Source of the DNA: Spirochaetia bacterium
Lineage (GTDB): Bacteria; Spirochaetota; Spirochaetia; SZUA-6; Bin103
Reading direction: 5' to 3'
NCBI GenBank assembly: GCA_965198005.1
Contig: CBDAOI010000001.1
Span: 64,001-128,000, forward strand
DNA length: 64,000 bases
In this document: positions 47,320 to 57,618 of the stretch, piece by piece
How the letters are laid out: each line of letters opens with the position of its first letter
Numbering within the stretch: the stretch's first letter is position 1
Notes under the pieces: model-generated
The model's database searches: none
The model's input: the letters and a program-made list of their open reading frames with translations, nothing else
What the model was told of the DNA's origin: nothing
Position numbers and translations under genes: made by a program

Positions 47320-47751
47320 ATGGCTGTCATGGTGCAGGTCGCGCCGGGAATCGCCATACCCGAGGAGGAACTCGACGAACGGTTCATTCAGAGCCGAGGA
47401 CCGGGCGGACAGAACGTGAACAAGGTGGCCACCGCGGTGCAGCTCCGGTTCGACGCGGCCGGCTCGCCGACCCTGCCGCCGGAGGTGCGCCGGCGCCTGG
47501 TGCGCATCGCGGGCACGCGGGTTACGGCCGACGGCGCTCTGGTGATCACCGCGCGCCGGTTTCGCACCCAGGAGGCGAACCGCCGCGACGCGCGGGAGCG
47601 GCTGGCGTCCCTCGTTGCCCGGGCGCTGGCCGCGCCCCGGCCCCGGTACGCCACGCGGCCCACCCGCGCCGCCCGCGAGCGGCGCTTACGGGACAAGGTG
47701 CGGCGGGCTGCTCTCAAGCGGCGGCGCGGCCAGCCCGCCGAAGATGACTGA
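47320..47751 (+). CDS. arfB: alternative ribosome rescue peptidyl-tRNA hydrolase
   Basis: GPGGQNVNKVATAV and a basic tail. Confidence 0.95.
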   Translation: MAVMVQVAPGIAIPEEELDERFIQSRGPGGQNVNKVATAVQLRFDAAGSPTLPPEVRRRLVRIAGTRVTADGALVITARRFRTQEANRRDARERLASLVARALAAPRPRYATRPTRAARERRLRDKVRRAALKRRRGQPAEDD

Positions 47752-47769
47752 TCGGATGAGGAGCGGAAC

Positions 47770-48654
47770 TTGAAGACCATCGCCATCATCAGCCCCGGCA
47801 ACATGGGGCACGCGGTCGGGCGGCTGCTGGTACGCCGCGGGTTCGACGTCGTTACCTCTCTTGCGGGGCGTTCGGCGCGCACCCGCGGGCTGGCCGCGCA
47901 GGCGGGGATCCGCGACCTCGGCAGCGTCAACGCGCTGGTAGCGCAGACCGACCTGGTGCTGTCGATTCTGCCGCCGGCGGCCGCCGTGGCAGCAGCGCAG
48001 GAGGTGGCCGCCGCGATGACCGCGTCCGGCGTCACTCCGCCCTACGCCGACTGCAACGCCATCGCCCCCGCCACCACCGCGCGCATCGCGGAGCTGATCC
48101 AGGCCGCCGGCGCCGCCTACATTGACGCCGGCATCGTCGGCGGGCCGCCGGCCGACGGTACCGGGCCCCGGCTCTACGCCTCCGGCCCGGCCGCGCACCT
48201 GTTGGCGCCGCTGCAGGGCGGCGGCCTGGTGGTGCGTCACCTGGGCGGCGCGATCGGGCGCGCGTCGGCCCTCAAGATGTGCTACGCGGCAGTCACCAAG
48301 GGCACCGCCGCGCTGCACTTCGCCCAGCTCGCCGCCGCCAGCCGGCTGGGCATCGGCGAGGCGCTCGGCGCGGAGCTGGCGGAGAGCCAGGCCGCCACCT
48401 ACGCCCGCATGCGGCGCGCCCTGCCGCGGCTGCCCGCCAAGGCGCCGCGCTGGATCGAGGAGATGCGCCAGATCGCGGCCACCTTCGAGGCGGTCGGCGT
48501 ACCGGGAGACTTCCACCGCGGCGCCGCCGCCCTCTACGAGCTGCTCAGCGCCACCCCGTTCGCGGACGAGCCGGAGGAGGCGGTCGACACCTCGCGCACC
48601 CTGGAGACAACCGTGGCCGCGCTGACGCAGGTCTGCGCGCGGCGCGCCGGGTAG
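47770..48654 (+). CDS. NAD(P)-dependent oxidoreductase (DUF1932/6PGD-like)
   Basis: SPGNMG, DAGIVGGPP, ASALKMCYA, RWIEEM. Confidence 0.88.
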   Translation: MKTIAIISPGNMGHAVGRLLVRRGFDVVTSLAGRSARTRGLAAQAGIRDLGSVNALVAQTDLVLSILPPAAAVAAAQEVAAAMTASGVTPPYADCNAIAPATTARIAELIQAAGAAYIDAGIVGGPPADGTGPRLYASGPAAHLLAPLQGGGLVVRHLGGAIGRASALKMCYAAVTKGTAALHFAQLAAASRLGIGEALGAELAESQAATYARMRRALPRLPAKAPRWIEEMRQIAATFEAVGVPGDFHRGAAALYELLSATPFADEPEEAVDTSRTLETTVAALTQVCARRAG

Positions 48655-48729
48655 CGAGTCGGTAACTGGGAATCCTCGGGCCAGCTCGGATCAGCCTCCG
48701 AAGATGCCGGCAGGCCGGCCCCCTGCGGC

Positions 48730-49179
48730 TCAAGTGGAACCCGCCTGGTCAGCGTCAGCCAGCGGCGGTCGGCGTGGTCGGTCAGTGGGCCGGCGCAGCT
48801 CCCGGCGAACCGCGGCAACGACCCGGCGGGCCGCGTCCACCGCCTCGGTTGCCTGGGTCGGGGTGTAAACGTCGGAGGGAATGCCGCCCGGCAACCCGTT
48901 CGGATACCGAGTGGGAACGTAGTACTGGTCGAGGATCGCCAAGTTCTCGCGGAACTCCTGCAGGACCTCCAGCGACGCCGCAAGCTCTACCAGAGCGTGG
49001 CCGAAAACCGTCCGCTCACCGCGTCCGTAGCGCAGTGCCTTGATCGCCTTCTCACAGATCTGCTGGCACTGGAAGCACACCTGCGCGCAGAACCCGGCGC
49101 GCAGCCCGAGCTCTGCGTACGACAGGTCATCCTCCGCTTGTCGGAGCCACCGTTCGGCTTCTTTGTTGGGTTCCTTCAA
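48730..49179 (-). CDS. HEPN domain protein
   Basis: WLRQAEDDL, EKAIKA, GHAL, YYVPTRYP. Confidence 0.9.
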   Translation of the reverse strand: MKEPNKEAERWLRQAEDDLSYAELGLRAGFCAQVCFQCQQICEKAIKALRYGRGERTVFGHALVELAASLEVLQEFRENLAILDQYYVPTRYPNGLPGGIPSDVYTPTQATEAVDAARRVVAAVRRELRRPTDRPRRPPLADADQAGST

Positions 49180-49471
49180 CTCGGTATCCTGTGCGCACTG
49201 CCTGTCGTATGAAGTGACTGCCCTCCGGGCCGAGCCTCTCCTCCAGCTCCGCCGGGGTATAGATCAGCAGATCGGCCGCCCCCAGCTCCAGCCGCAGCTT
49301 CAAGACCTCCCGCACCCGATCGAAAAACGGCTGCGTCGTATCGCGCACCAGGATGACGTCAATGTCGCTGTACTCGTCGGCGGTGCCGGCCGCCACCGAG
49401 CCGAACACGTACGCGACAATGAATTCGTCCGCGTGGCGGGCGAAGATCGCCTTGGCCGCATCCAGGTTCAC
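49127..49471 (-). CDS. minimal nucleotidyltransferase (MNT)
   Basis: FGSVAAGTADEYSDID, DLLIYTPAE. Confidence 0.9.
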   Translation of the reverse strand: MNLDAAKAIFARHADEFIVAYVFGSVAAGTADEYSDIDVILVRDTTQPFFDRVREVLKLRLELGAADLLIYTPAELEERLGPEGSHFIRQAVRTGYRVEGTQQRSRTVAPTSGG

Positions 49472-49656
49472 CCGGTCAGCATACCACCAGCCTGGAACGA
49501 CGTCTCTTGCGCAGGTCTGCGCGCGGCCTAGATGGTGAGTTCGGTGGCGTCTCCGACCATCCGACCAGGAGACCCTTGACACCCGCGCGGCACTCGCGCT
49601 CTATTCCCGTCCAGGCTCGAGACCGATCAATCCGCGAGCTGGGAGTCGTCATCACC

Positions 49657-50616
49657 GTGAAAGTTACGGATATCGGGACCACCGGCGTCGTGGGCGGCGG
49701 TACCATGGGGTTCGGGATTGCGCTCAACTTCGCCCTCGCCGGATACAAGACTCTGGTGACCGATATGAGTGAGCACATACTTGGGCGTACGTTGGAGCGC
49801 GTGCGGGACGCTCTGGCGCTGTTCGTCGACGAGGGGATGATTACCCGGGCGCAGGTCGACCAGACGCTGGCGCGGGTCGAGACGACCCCGGATCTGGCCG
49901 CGGTCGCGGGCCGCAGTGACTTCATCACCGAGGCGATCGTCGAGTCGCTGCCCGCCAAGCAGGCGCTGTTCCGGACCCTCGATCGGCTGTGTCCACCGCA
50001 CACGATCCTGGTCAGCAACACGTCGGGATTCGTGCTGAGCGACGTTGCGGAAGGCGTCGAACGCCAGGACAAGGTCGCCCTCACCCACTACTTCGCACCG
50101 CCCCATATCGTGCCCGGCGTGGAGGTTGCCAAGGGGCCCGCGACCAGTCAGGAGACGTTCGACGTCACCTGTCAGCTCATGCAGCGCGCCGGCAAGGTGC
50201 CGATTCGGGTCCTCAAGGAGATCTCCGGTTATCTGCTGAACCGGATCCAGGGCGCCATGAACCGGGAAGCGCTGCGCCTGTGGGCGATGGGCGTGGCCAC
50301 GGCGGAGGAGATCGAGCTGGGAATCAGGTCCACGTTCGGTTTCCGGCTGCCGAACTGCGGGCCGTTCGCGCACCACGACCTGGCCGGACTGTGGCGCTGG
50401 CCGCCGGAGACGCGGGTCCGCAAACCGCCGCGGATGCCGGACGCACCCTCCGAGGAGGAGATGCAGGCGATGATCGCCGCCCGCGCCACCCGCCCGTGGT
50501 TCATCGACCCAGAGGAATACGACGCCGCGGTGGCGCGCCGCGACCGCGCGTTCGTCCGCGCCTACAAGACGTTCTATCGCAGCCGCCTTGGCAACGCCCA
50601 GGAGTCAGGAGATTAG
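49657..50616 (+). CDS. 3-hydroxyacyl-CoA dehydrogenase family protein
   Basis: GGGTMG, EAIVE, SNTS, HYFAPP. Confidence 0.9.
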   Translation: MKVTDIGTTGVVGGGTMGFGIALNFALAGYKTLVTDMSEHILGRTLERVRDALALFVDEGMITRAQVDQTLARVETTPDLAAVAGRSDFITEAIVESLPAKQALFRTLDRLCPPHTILVSNTSGFVLSDVAEGVERQDKVALTHYFAPPHIVPGVEVAKGPATSQETFDVTCQLMQRAGKVPIRVLKEISGYLLNRIQGAMNREALRLWAMGVATAEEIELGIRSTFGFRLPNCGPFAHHDLAGLWRWPPETRVRKPPRMPDAPSEEEMQAMIAARATRPWFIDPEEYDAAVARRDRAFVRAYKTFYRSRLGNAQESGD

Positions 50617-50619
50617 CCC

Positions 50620-51585
50620 ATGCCGGAACGCCCGAGGGTCGTCATTATGGGGTCCCCGTCGCACGGTCACAAACCGGAGCGCGCGCAGTTGGAACCGGTC
50701 GCCGAGATCGTGGCCATGGCGGCCCGCACGCAGCAGGAGGTGTGCGCCGCGGTCCACGACGCGGACGCGGTGATGGTCGGCCTGCAGCTCATCGACCCGA
50801 CCGTGATCGCCAACATGAACCGCTGCCGCGTCATCTCCCGGTACGGCATCGGCTACGACAACATCGACGTCGACGCCGCCACCGCGGCCGGCATCTGGGT
50901 GGGACGGGTGCCCGACTACGGCTGGGAGGACGTGTCCGACCACGCCCTCGCCATGTTTCTGGCGTGCGTGCGCGACCTCAGGTCCTACGACCGCATGGCG
51001 CGCGCCGGCCGCCTCGGGCGGCCCCGGCCCCTGTTTCGGATCACGGGGCGGACCTTCGGCCTGGTGGGTTGCGGCGGCATCGGCCGCACGCTGATCCGCA
51101 AGCTGGGCGGACTGGGGCTGGCCCGCATCCTGGTGCACGACCCCTACCTGTCGGCCGACCAGATCGCCGCGGTCGGGGGCGTCGCCGCCGACCTGGACAC
51201 GCTGCTGCGCGCCGCGGACTGCGTGTCGCTGCACACCCCGCTCACGCCCGAGACCAGGCACCTGCTCGGCGCCGAGCAGCTCCGCCTGATGAAGCCCACC
51301 GCCATTCTGATCAACACCGCCCGCGGCGGGCTGATCGACCAGGATGCCCTGGCCGCCGCGCTCGCCGAAGGCGCCATCGCCTGCGCCGGCCTGGACGTGT
51401 TCGAGGAGGAGCCGCTGCCGACCGGCAGCCCGCTGGCGGGGATGGACAACGTCATCCTCAGCAACCACGTGGCGTGGTACACCGAGGAGTCGTCCGTGGA
51501 GCTGGCAACCAAGGCCGCGCGCAACGTGAGCGAGGTCCTGGCCGGCCGGCCGCCGGTCTACCCGGTGAACCGGATCGAGAGGTGA
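50620..51585 (+). CDS. D-2-hydroxyacid dehydrogenase (CtBP-like)
   Basis: GIGYDNID, GCGGIG, INTARG, DVFEEEP. Confidence 0.92.
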   Translation: MPERPRVVIMGSPSHGHKPERAQLEPVAEIVAMAARTQQEVCAAVHDADAVMVGLQLIDPTVIANMNRCRVISRYGIGYDNIDVDAATAAGIWVGRVPDYGWEDVSDHALAMFLACVRDLRSYDRMARAGRLGRPRPLFRITGRTFGLVGCGGIGRTLIRKLGGLGLARILVHDPYLSADQIAAVGGVAADLDTLLRAADCVSLHTPLTPETRHLLGAEQLRLMKPTAILINTARGGLIDQDALAAALAEGAIACAGLDVFEEEPLPTGSPLAGMDNVILSNHVAWYTEESSVELATKAARNVSEVLAGRPPVYPVNRIER

Positions 51586-52742
51586 CCGAGTATCGGGCGG
51601 CGCTGGCGGAACTGGCCGGCGCCGGAATCCGAGCGCGTACTCTGGAAGGGATCAACGACCTGACGGTGCAGATCCTGGAGGCCGGCGCCACCGCCCGGCC
51701 GGCACTTGGCGCGCGCCGGCGGCCGCTGCTGTTGATGCTGCACGGCTTTCCCGAGCTGTGCTATAGCTGGCGCAAGGTGATGCTGCCGCTGGCCGAGGCG
51801 GGGTACCACGTGGTCGCTCCGGACCAGCGCGGTTACGGCGCCACCACCGGCTGGGACGCAGACTACGACGGTGACCTGGCATCGTTTCGCATGCTCAACC
51901 TGGTGCGCGACACGGTGGGGATCGTGGCGGCGCTGGGCTGCGAGCAGGCATGCTCGGTGATCGGCCACGACGCCGGGGCCGGTGTGGCCGCCTGGTGCGC
52001 CGTGATCCGTCCCGACCGGTTCCGGTCGGTGGTCCTGATGAGCGCGCCCTACACCGGGCCGCCGGCCCTGCGCCCGGCCCCGCACGCACGGCCGCGCATG
52101 GCCGACCTGCAGGAGCAGTTGGCGGCGCTGGATCCGCCGCGCAAGCACTACCAGGGGTACTACTCGACGCGGCAGGCCAACGCCGACATGCTGCACTGCC
52201 GGCAGGGGCTGCACGCGTTCCTGCGCGCCTACTACCACCACAAGAGCGCCGACTGGGCCGGCAACCGGCCCTACCGTCTGGCGGCGGGGTCCGCCGCCGA
52301 GCTGGCCAGGCTGCCCACCTACTACGTGATGAACCTGCACGACTCGATGCCCGAGGCGGTCGCGCCGCATGCGCCCCCACCGGCCGCCGCGCGCACATGC
52401 GCCTGGCTGCCGGACGCGGAACTGGCGGTCTACGCCGCGGCCTACGCGGCGACCGGCTTCCAGGGCGGACTGCAGTGGTATCGCTGCGGCACCGGCGCGG
52501 TCGGGGCCGCGGAGCTGCAGGTGTTCGCGGGACGGACCATCGACGTACCCGCCTGCTTCATCGCCGGGGCGCACGACTGGGGTGTCTACCAGAGTCCCGG
52601 CGCGTACGAGCAGATGCAGGAGGCGGTCTGCCGCCGCATGCTCGGCTGCCATCTGGTGCCCGGCGCCGGCCACTGGGTGCAGCAGGAGCAGCCGGAACGA
52701 GTCGTGCGGTTGCTCCTGGAGTTCTTGCGCGCGGCGGCGTAG
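51582..52742 (+). CDS. alpha/beta hydrolase (epoxide hydrolase-like)
   Basis: HGFPE, PDQRGYG, GHDAGA, GHWVQQE. Confidence 0.9.
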   Translation: MTEYRAALAELAGAGIRARTLEGINDLTVQILEAGATARPALGARRRPLLLMLHGFPELCYSWRKVMLPLAEAGYHVVAPDQRGYGATTGWDADYDGDLASFRMLNLVRDTVGIVAALGCEQACSVIGHDAGAGVAAWCAVIRPDRFRSVVLMSAPYTGPPALRPAPHARPRMADLQEQLAALDPPRKHYQGYYSTRQANADMLHCRQGLHAFLRAYYHHKSADWAGNRPYRLAAGSAAELARLPTYYVMNLHDSMPEAVAPHAPPPAAARTCAWLPDAELAVYAAAYAATGFQGGLQWYRCGTGAVGAAELQVFAGRTIDVPACFIAGAHDWGVYQSPGAYEQMQEAVCRRMLGCHLVPGAGHWVQQEQPERVVRLLLEFLRAAA

Positions 52743-52804
52743 TGACAGCGGCATACAATATCGATAGGATGTATACTGAGTGAATCGGTAAGGAGGCTGA
52801 ACCT

Positions 52805-53201
52805 GTGAGTGCCGAGGCCATTGTCGCCATCGTAAGCGTGGGCGTGGTGCTGCTGATAGCCGTGCTGGGATTCATCTGGCGAAACCTGGGAAAGCAGATC
52901 GGCGCCGTCAAGACTGACTTGACCGAGGCTGACCGTCAAGACTGACTTGACCGAGGCTATCGGCGCCGTCAAGACTGATCTGGAAACGGCGGCAAACCAA
53001 GCGCATACCAGGATCGAGGGCAACATCAAGGCCACGGAAGACCGCTTGAGTGCCCAGATTGGCGCCGTCAAGACCGACCTGACGGCGACGCGAAGTGAGT
53101 TGACCGCCGCTATTGAAAAGCAGACTGACCGCATCGTCGAGGTACATAGAGACCTGCGCGGGCTGGGCGAGCGCCTGGCGCGGGTCGAGGCGAACCCGTA
53201 G
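52805..53201 (+). pseudogene. TM + coiled-coil repeat protein, frameshifted
   Basis: AAGGAGG SD; IGAVKTDL repeats; one 28-bp unit breaks the frame. Confidence 0.7.
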
Positions 53202-53310
53202 CCCCGATCGAAGGAGCACACCGACCACGCATTCGGGGCCCCGCCGTGACCCGGCTGAGCCCCGGGGCCAGTGCCGTGACGGCGGAATCTCAGGATTCCT
53301 CGTAAAGAAC

Positions 53311-53432
53311 TCAGTCATATCGGACCCTGGGGTCCAAGATAGCGTAGAGCAGGTCGATGAGCAGATTGATCCCAACCACGCCAGTGGCGAACAACAGATT
53401 GATTCCGGAGACCATCGGGTAGTCTCGGGCTG
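53311..53432 (-). pseudogene. orphan dppB 3' end
   Basis: ARDYPMVSGINLLFATGVVGINLLIDLLYAILDPRVRYD*. Confidence 0.9.
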
Positions 53433-53515
53433 CTTCCCGCGAAGCGCTCCCCCATGCGGGCGACCGCTTCGCTATCCGGGTTCGTGCGGGCATTCGGTGC
53501 GCGGTCGGCCCATTG

Positions 53516-54481
53516 CTAATACCACTTCGTCTTGTCCACCACGTTGGTCAGGGGCTCGCCCGCAAGAAACCTGCGCGCGTTCTCCAGGATGATCCGGAAA
53601 CGGCGTTCGGGTATGTTCTCGGCGTCCGCCACCGCCACGTGCGGTGTCATCAGCACGTTCGGAAGTCCCCAGAGCTTGTGGTCGGCGGGCATCGGCTCGT
53701 GCTCGTACACGTCCAGGCCGGCGCCCGCGATCTCGCCTGACTCGATCGCGTTGGCGAGGTCGTCGATCTTGCACACCATGCCGCGGCCGACGTTGATGAA
53801 GTACGCGGTCGGCTTCATCAGTCGAAACCGGGCGGCGTTGAAGGTGAACTCGGTCTCCGGCGTGTGCGGGACGGTGGTGATCACGAAGTCGGCGCGCGGC
53901 AGGACGTCATCCAGTTCGTCCGGGGTGTGGAACTCCACGTACGGCAGATCGTACTCCGGCCTCGGCTCGATGCCGATTACCTCCATGCCCAGGTCGTTGC
54001 ACAGTCTGGCGGTCTCGTGTCCGATGCCCCCTACCCCGTTGATCAGCGCCGTGGCCTCGCCGAGGTAGATGTAGGGCGTCTTGCGGGCGTCCTTGTTCCA
54101 GACGCGATTGCGTTGAGCGTCCAGGTACCACGGAAGGCCGCGGGAGAGCGCGAACATGAACATCAAGACGTGGTGCGAGATGTGGTCGTAGTAGATGCCG
54201 CGCGGATTGCAGATGATGAGCGGGTGTTCAATCAATTCAGGGTAGTAGTAGCCGTAGAACGGCCCGGCGTCCGGGTTCTGGACCCAGGCGAGCTGTTCGG
54301 CGACTCCCAGGGCGGCCGGGGGCACCCAGCCGTAGACCGCGTCGGCGTCGCGGACCGCCTCAAGCGCCTCATCGTCCGTCTCGGGCGAGGCTACGTCGTA
54401 CTCGGGAACGGTGTCCGCCAAGCGGGCGGCAAACATCCGTCGATCATCGTCCTGCGGCGGCATGAAAACAAACTTGGGCAC
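53516..54481 (-). CDS. D-2-hydroxyacid dehydrogenase
   Basis: AGGAGG SD, GVGGIG, INVGRG, DVYEHEP, TPHVA. Confidence 0.92.
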   Translation of the reverse strand: MPKFVFMPPQDDDRRMFAARLADTVPEYDVASPETDDEALEAVRDADAVYGWVPPAALGVAEQLAWVQNPDAGPFYGYYYPELIEHPLIICNPRGIYYDHISHHVLMFMFALSRGLPWYLDAQRNRVWNKDARKTPYIYLGEATALINGVGGIGHETARLCNDLGMEVIGIEPRPEYDLPYVEFHTPDELDDVLPRADFVITTVPHTPETEFTFNAARFRLMKPTAYFINVGRGMVCKIDDLANAIESGEIAGAGLDVYEHEPMPADHKLWGLPNVLMTPHVAVADAENIPERRFRIILENARRFLAGEPLTNVVDKTKWY

Positions 54482-54674
54482 GTGACGTAGCCTCCTGTGA
54501 GTTGGTCGACCACATTGTACCGCAGACGCCGCCCTACCCTTCACCCGACACGGTGCCCGCTTGTTCCGGACCAGCCATCGCAAGAGCCGCTGCGCCTCGA
54601 CGAAACCGCTGCAGGCGCCGCAGGACACGATGCGGCGCAGCACCATGCAACGCTTCCGTCGGCTCGTGATCCAG

Positions 54675-55045
54675 CTATCCGCCGGTCTGAGCGATTCGCC
54701 GAGCCATCCATTCGACGCAGGCTGTCCGTGTCATTTTCCGGCGTCGCGCTTCGCCGTCGATGAACGCTGCAACACCCTCATCGAGCGTGAGATTCGCGCG
54801 CACACTGCGGCCCGACAGGCGGATCAAGGGGGCGGAAACCAGAGTATATCCATTGGGCGTTTCGATCTCTTCGATACTGGTCGGTGGCGCGATCGGCTCA
54901 CCGTCTCTCTCGGTCTCGATCACGTAGTCGCGTAGTGCTTCCTCGGCATGCAGCAACGCCTCGTCCACCGTTGCACCCATGGCGACGATGCTGGGAAGAT
55001 CCGGGAACGAGACGCCATAGGCGCCTTGCTTACCGTCGATCCAGG
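54675..55045 (-). pseudogene. HicB-family antitoxin lacking its start and toxin partner
   Basis: IDGKQGAYGVSFPDLP..GATVDEAL, RANLTLD. Confidence 0.75.
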
Positions 55046-55266
55046 CTGGCGGCCGGACAAGACCCCGGCCGAATGCACCTACGCTCAGCTCGAGGTGACG
55101 CCGCCGTTCGAGTTGGCGCGCATATTCGCCGCCCGCGCTCGTGACGGCGCCACCCGAGCGGGCGCAAGATCGGACACCGCCCCGGCATCGACTTCGACAC
55201 CGAGGCGGTGCTGGCGGCGGCTGAGACTCGCCGGATCCGGCGCGAACGGGCATACTTGCCGCGACC

Positions 55267-56508
55267 ATGAGCACACACACCTTCTCGGTACCCACCCACG
55301 CGTGGTACGGCGACGACTCGATGGAATTGAGCTTTGCGGCGGCCTGGGAGATCGAAGAGTGCCGGATGGCGGGGCACGACGCCCCCGCCATCGACGACGC
55401 GCAACTGCGCGCCCAGCTCGACCGCCCCTACGGCACGCCGCCGCTGCGTGAGCTGGCACGCGGCCGCCGGCGGGCGGTGATCCTGTTCGACGACCTCACG
55501 CGGCCGGCGCCCACCCGGCGCATCCTGCCGCTGGTGCTGGCGGACCTGCATGGCGCCGGCTTGGCGGACGATCAGATCTGTTTCGTGGGCGCCTTCGCCA
55601 ATCACGCCGCCATGTTGCGCGACGCCGTGGCCAAGAAGCTCGGCGCCGACGTGGTCAGCCGCTACCGGGTGTTCAATCACAACCCGTTCGACCAGTTGGT
55701 CGAGGTCGGAACGACCAGCCGGGGCATGCGCGTGCGGATCAACCGCGAGGTGATGGCCAGCGACCTCAGGATCGCGATCGGCGGGCTGATTCCACATCTC
55801 ATGGCCGGCTTCGGCGGAGGCGCCAAGATGGTCGTGCCCGGCGTCGCGGCGCTCGACACGGTGCGCCACAATCACGGCGAGGTGTTCGCCGCCAGCCGGG
55901 CGGCGGGCCGCAGCGGACTGGGCAAGGTCGACGACAACGATGCGCGCCAGGATCTCGAAGAGGCGGTTGGCATGGTCGGCCTGGACTTCAAGATCGACCT
56001 GCTGATCAACCCGCGGCGCGAGGTGGTGCAGGTGTTCGCCGGCCACTACCTGGAACAGCATCGCGCCGGGGTCACGGCGGCGCGCGAGCTCTATGCCACT
56101 CCCGTGGCGCAGGACTGCGACGTGGTGGTGGTCAACACCTACCCGATCGAGAATCAGGCGGCCAAAGGGACCTGGCCGGCCGAGCGCTCACTCAAACCGG
56201 GCGGCATCGCGGTGGTGATCAGTCAGAGCGTCGAGGGGCAGGCGCCCCACTACCTGGTCGGCAGGTTCGGGACCGACTACGGCGGCCCCCTGTGGCAACG
56301 CACGGCCCAGCCACGCGTCGCCCAGGCGAGCCGGATCCTGGTGTGCTCGGCTTACCAGTCACGGGTCGATCTTGACAGCTACGGTCCACCCGACCGCGTG
56401 GTTCCCTGCGCCGACTGGAACGAGGTGTCGAGCCATCTGCAGGCCGCCTATCCGCAGGGGGGCAAGGCGGCGGTCTACCCCTGCGCGGCGATCCAACTCC
56501 CGGCGTAG
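55267..56508 (+). CDS. LarA-family (nickel-pincer) racemase/epimerase
   Basis: DDLTRP, PHLMAGFGGGAK..PG, RHNH. Confidence 0.88.
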   Translation: MSTHTFSVPTHAWYGDDSMELSFAAAWEIEECRMAGHDAPAIDDAQLRAQLDRPYGTPPLRELARGRRRAVILFDDLTRPAPTRRILPLVLADLHGAGLADDQICFVGAFANHAAMLRDAVAKKLGADVVSRYRVFNHNPFDQLVEVGTTSRGMRVRINREVMASDLRIAIGGLIPHLMAGFGGGAKMVVPGVAALDTVRHNHGEVFAASRAAGRSGLGKVDDNDARQDLEEAVGMVGLDFKIDLLINPRREVVQVFAGHYLEQHRAGVTAARELYATPVAQDCDVVVVNTYPIENQAAKGTWPAERSLKPGGIAVVISQSVEGQAPHYLVGRFGTDYGGPLWQRTAQPRVAQASRILVCSAYQSRVDLDSYGPPDRVVPCADWNEVSSHLQAAYPQGGKAAVYPCAAIQLPA

Positions 56509-56509
56509 A

Positions 56510-56581
56510 AGCGAGCGAAGGGAATCGAACCCTCGTCACGAGCTTGGGAAGCTCGGGTAATAACCATTATACGACGCTCGC
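56510..56581 (-). tRNA. tRNA-Gly(CCC)
   Basis: GCGAGCG acceptor stem, CGAGC-TTCCCAA-GCTCG anticodon arm, GGTTCGATTCC T-arm; CCA not encoded. Confidence 0.95.
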
Positions 56582-56667
56582 GTGTCCTCTATAATACCGC
56601 TATAATACCGCCTCGCCGAACTTCGTTCAACCCCCCGCCGCGCCGCCCGCCGGTGGGAATGGGGACT

Positions 56668-57618
56668 TTAGGACTTCATCTCGCCCGGTCCGTACCGGCC
56701 GCGGGTAACGCGGTCGGGCTGGAATTCGATACTGCCGTAGCCGCACCACGGCTTGAAGCCGATCAGATCCAACAGCTCCTCGGACGCGTTCTCCAGGACC
56801 TCGGGCAACGTCCCCAGTTGCAGGTTCTCCTGCTGGCGGAACTGCGGTGCGCAGAAGTTGGTGGTCAGACCGATCCGCGTGCGGTCGGTCACGTTGGCTC
56901 CGGTGGAGTGCCATACCCGTCCGTCCAGCACCACGAAGCTCCCGGCCGGTGCCTCCATCGGCCGCCAGTCGGCGTCCTGATCCAGCTCCGGGTCCGGTTG
57001 CCGTCCAAACAGGTGGCTGCCCGGCACCACGATGGTGGCGCCGTTGTCGGCGGTGAAGTCGTCGATCACCCACATCGTGTTGCAGCAGCACGCCGGCGCG
57101 ATGGCGACCGGGTTCAGCCCCGCCTCGCCGAGCTTGTAGTGGCCGCGATAGTCATGGGTGATCGAACCGGGCCGCAGCAGCGTTTCCTTGGCGACGTTGG
57201 TCGGCGGCGGCATCCACCACTGGTCGGTATGGAACACCTCGGTCCCGCCGGGATGGGCGATGTGGCCGACGTACGACGAAAGCAGGTACTGCGGCCCCAG
57301 GACGTGTCCGACCAGCGCGCGCAGCGTCGGGTGAATCAGCAGGTCGCGAAACCCCTGCCCCTTGTTGATCAGGAACCCGACGACCTGCTTCTTGTCCGGC
57401 AGGATCCGACTCCGGCCAAGCCGCTCCTCCGCCGCCACCTGTTCCAGCAGCCGCTCGCGCAGGGCCGCCGCCCCGCCGCCGCTGATCGCCCCCTCGACCA
57501 CGCAGTAGCCGTGCTCATCCAGGTGCCGCTGCGCCGCTTCAAGGTCCGCCTGCCCCAGCATCGCCCCCTTCCCAGCCCCCTTCCGCCGCTGTGCCGTGTC
57601 CGTGTGTGCCATACTCAT
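56668..57618 (-). CDS. phytanoyl-CoA dioxygenase family (Fe/2OG)
   Basis: FHTDQ, DDFTADNGAT..PGSH, WHSTGAN. Confidence 0.92.
   Translation of the reverse strand: MSMAHTDTAQRRKGAGKGAMLGQADLEAAQRHLDEHGYCVVEGAISGGGAAALRERLLEQVAAEERLGRSRILPDKKQVVGFLINKGQGFRDLLIHPTLRALVGHVLGPQYLLSSYVGHIAHPGGTEVFHTDQWWMPPPTNVAKETLLRPGSITHDYRGHYKLGEAGLNPVAIAPACCCNTMWVIDDFTADNGATIVVPGSHLFGRQPDPELDQDADWRPMEAPAGSFVVLDGRVWHSTGANVTDRTRIGLTTNFCAPQFRQQENLQLGTLPEVLENASEELLDLIGFKPWCGYGSIEFQPDRVTRGRYGPGEMKS

Noticed and set aside
49989-52742. 917-aa ORF as a single fusion protein
   Set aside because: Only the part from GTG 51582 looks like a hydrolase; the rest is an off-frame shadow of two dehydrogenase genes.
56510-56581. 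tRNA-Gly as an island attachment site
   Set aside because: No duplicated tRNA 3' end or integrase was seen in the window.
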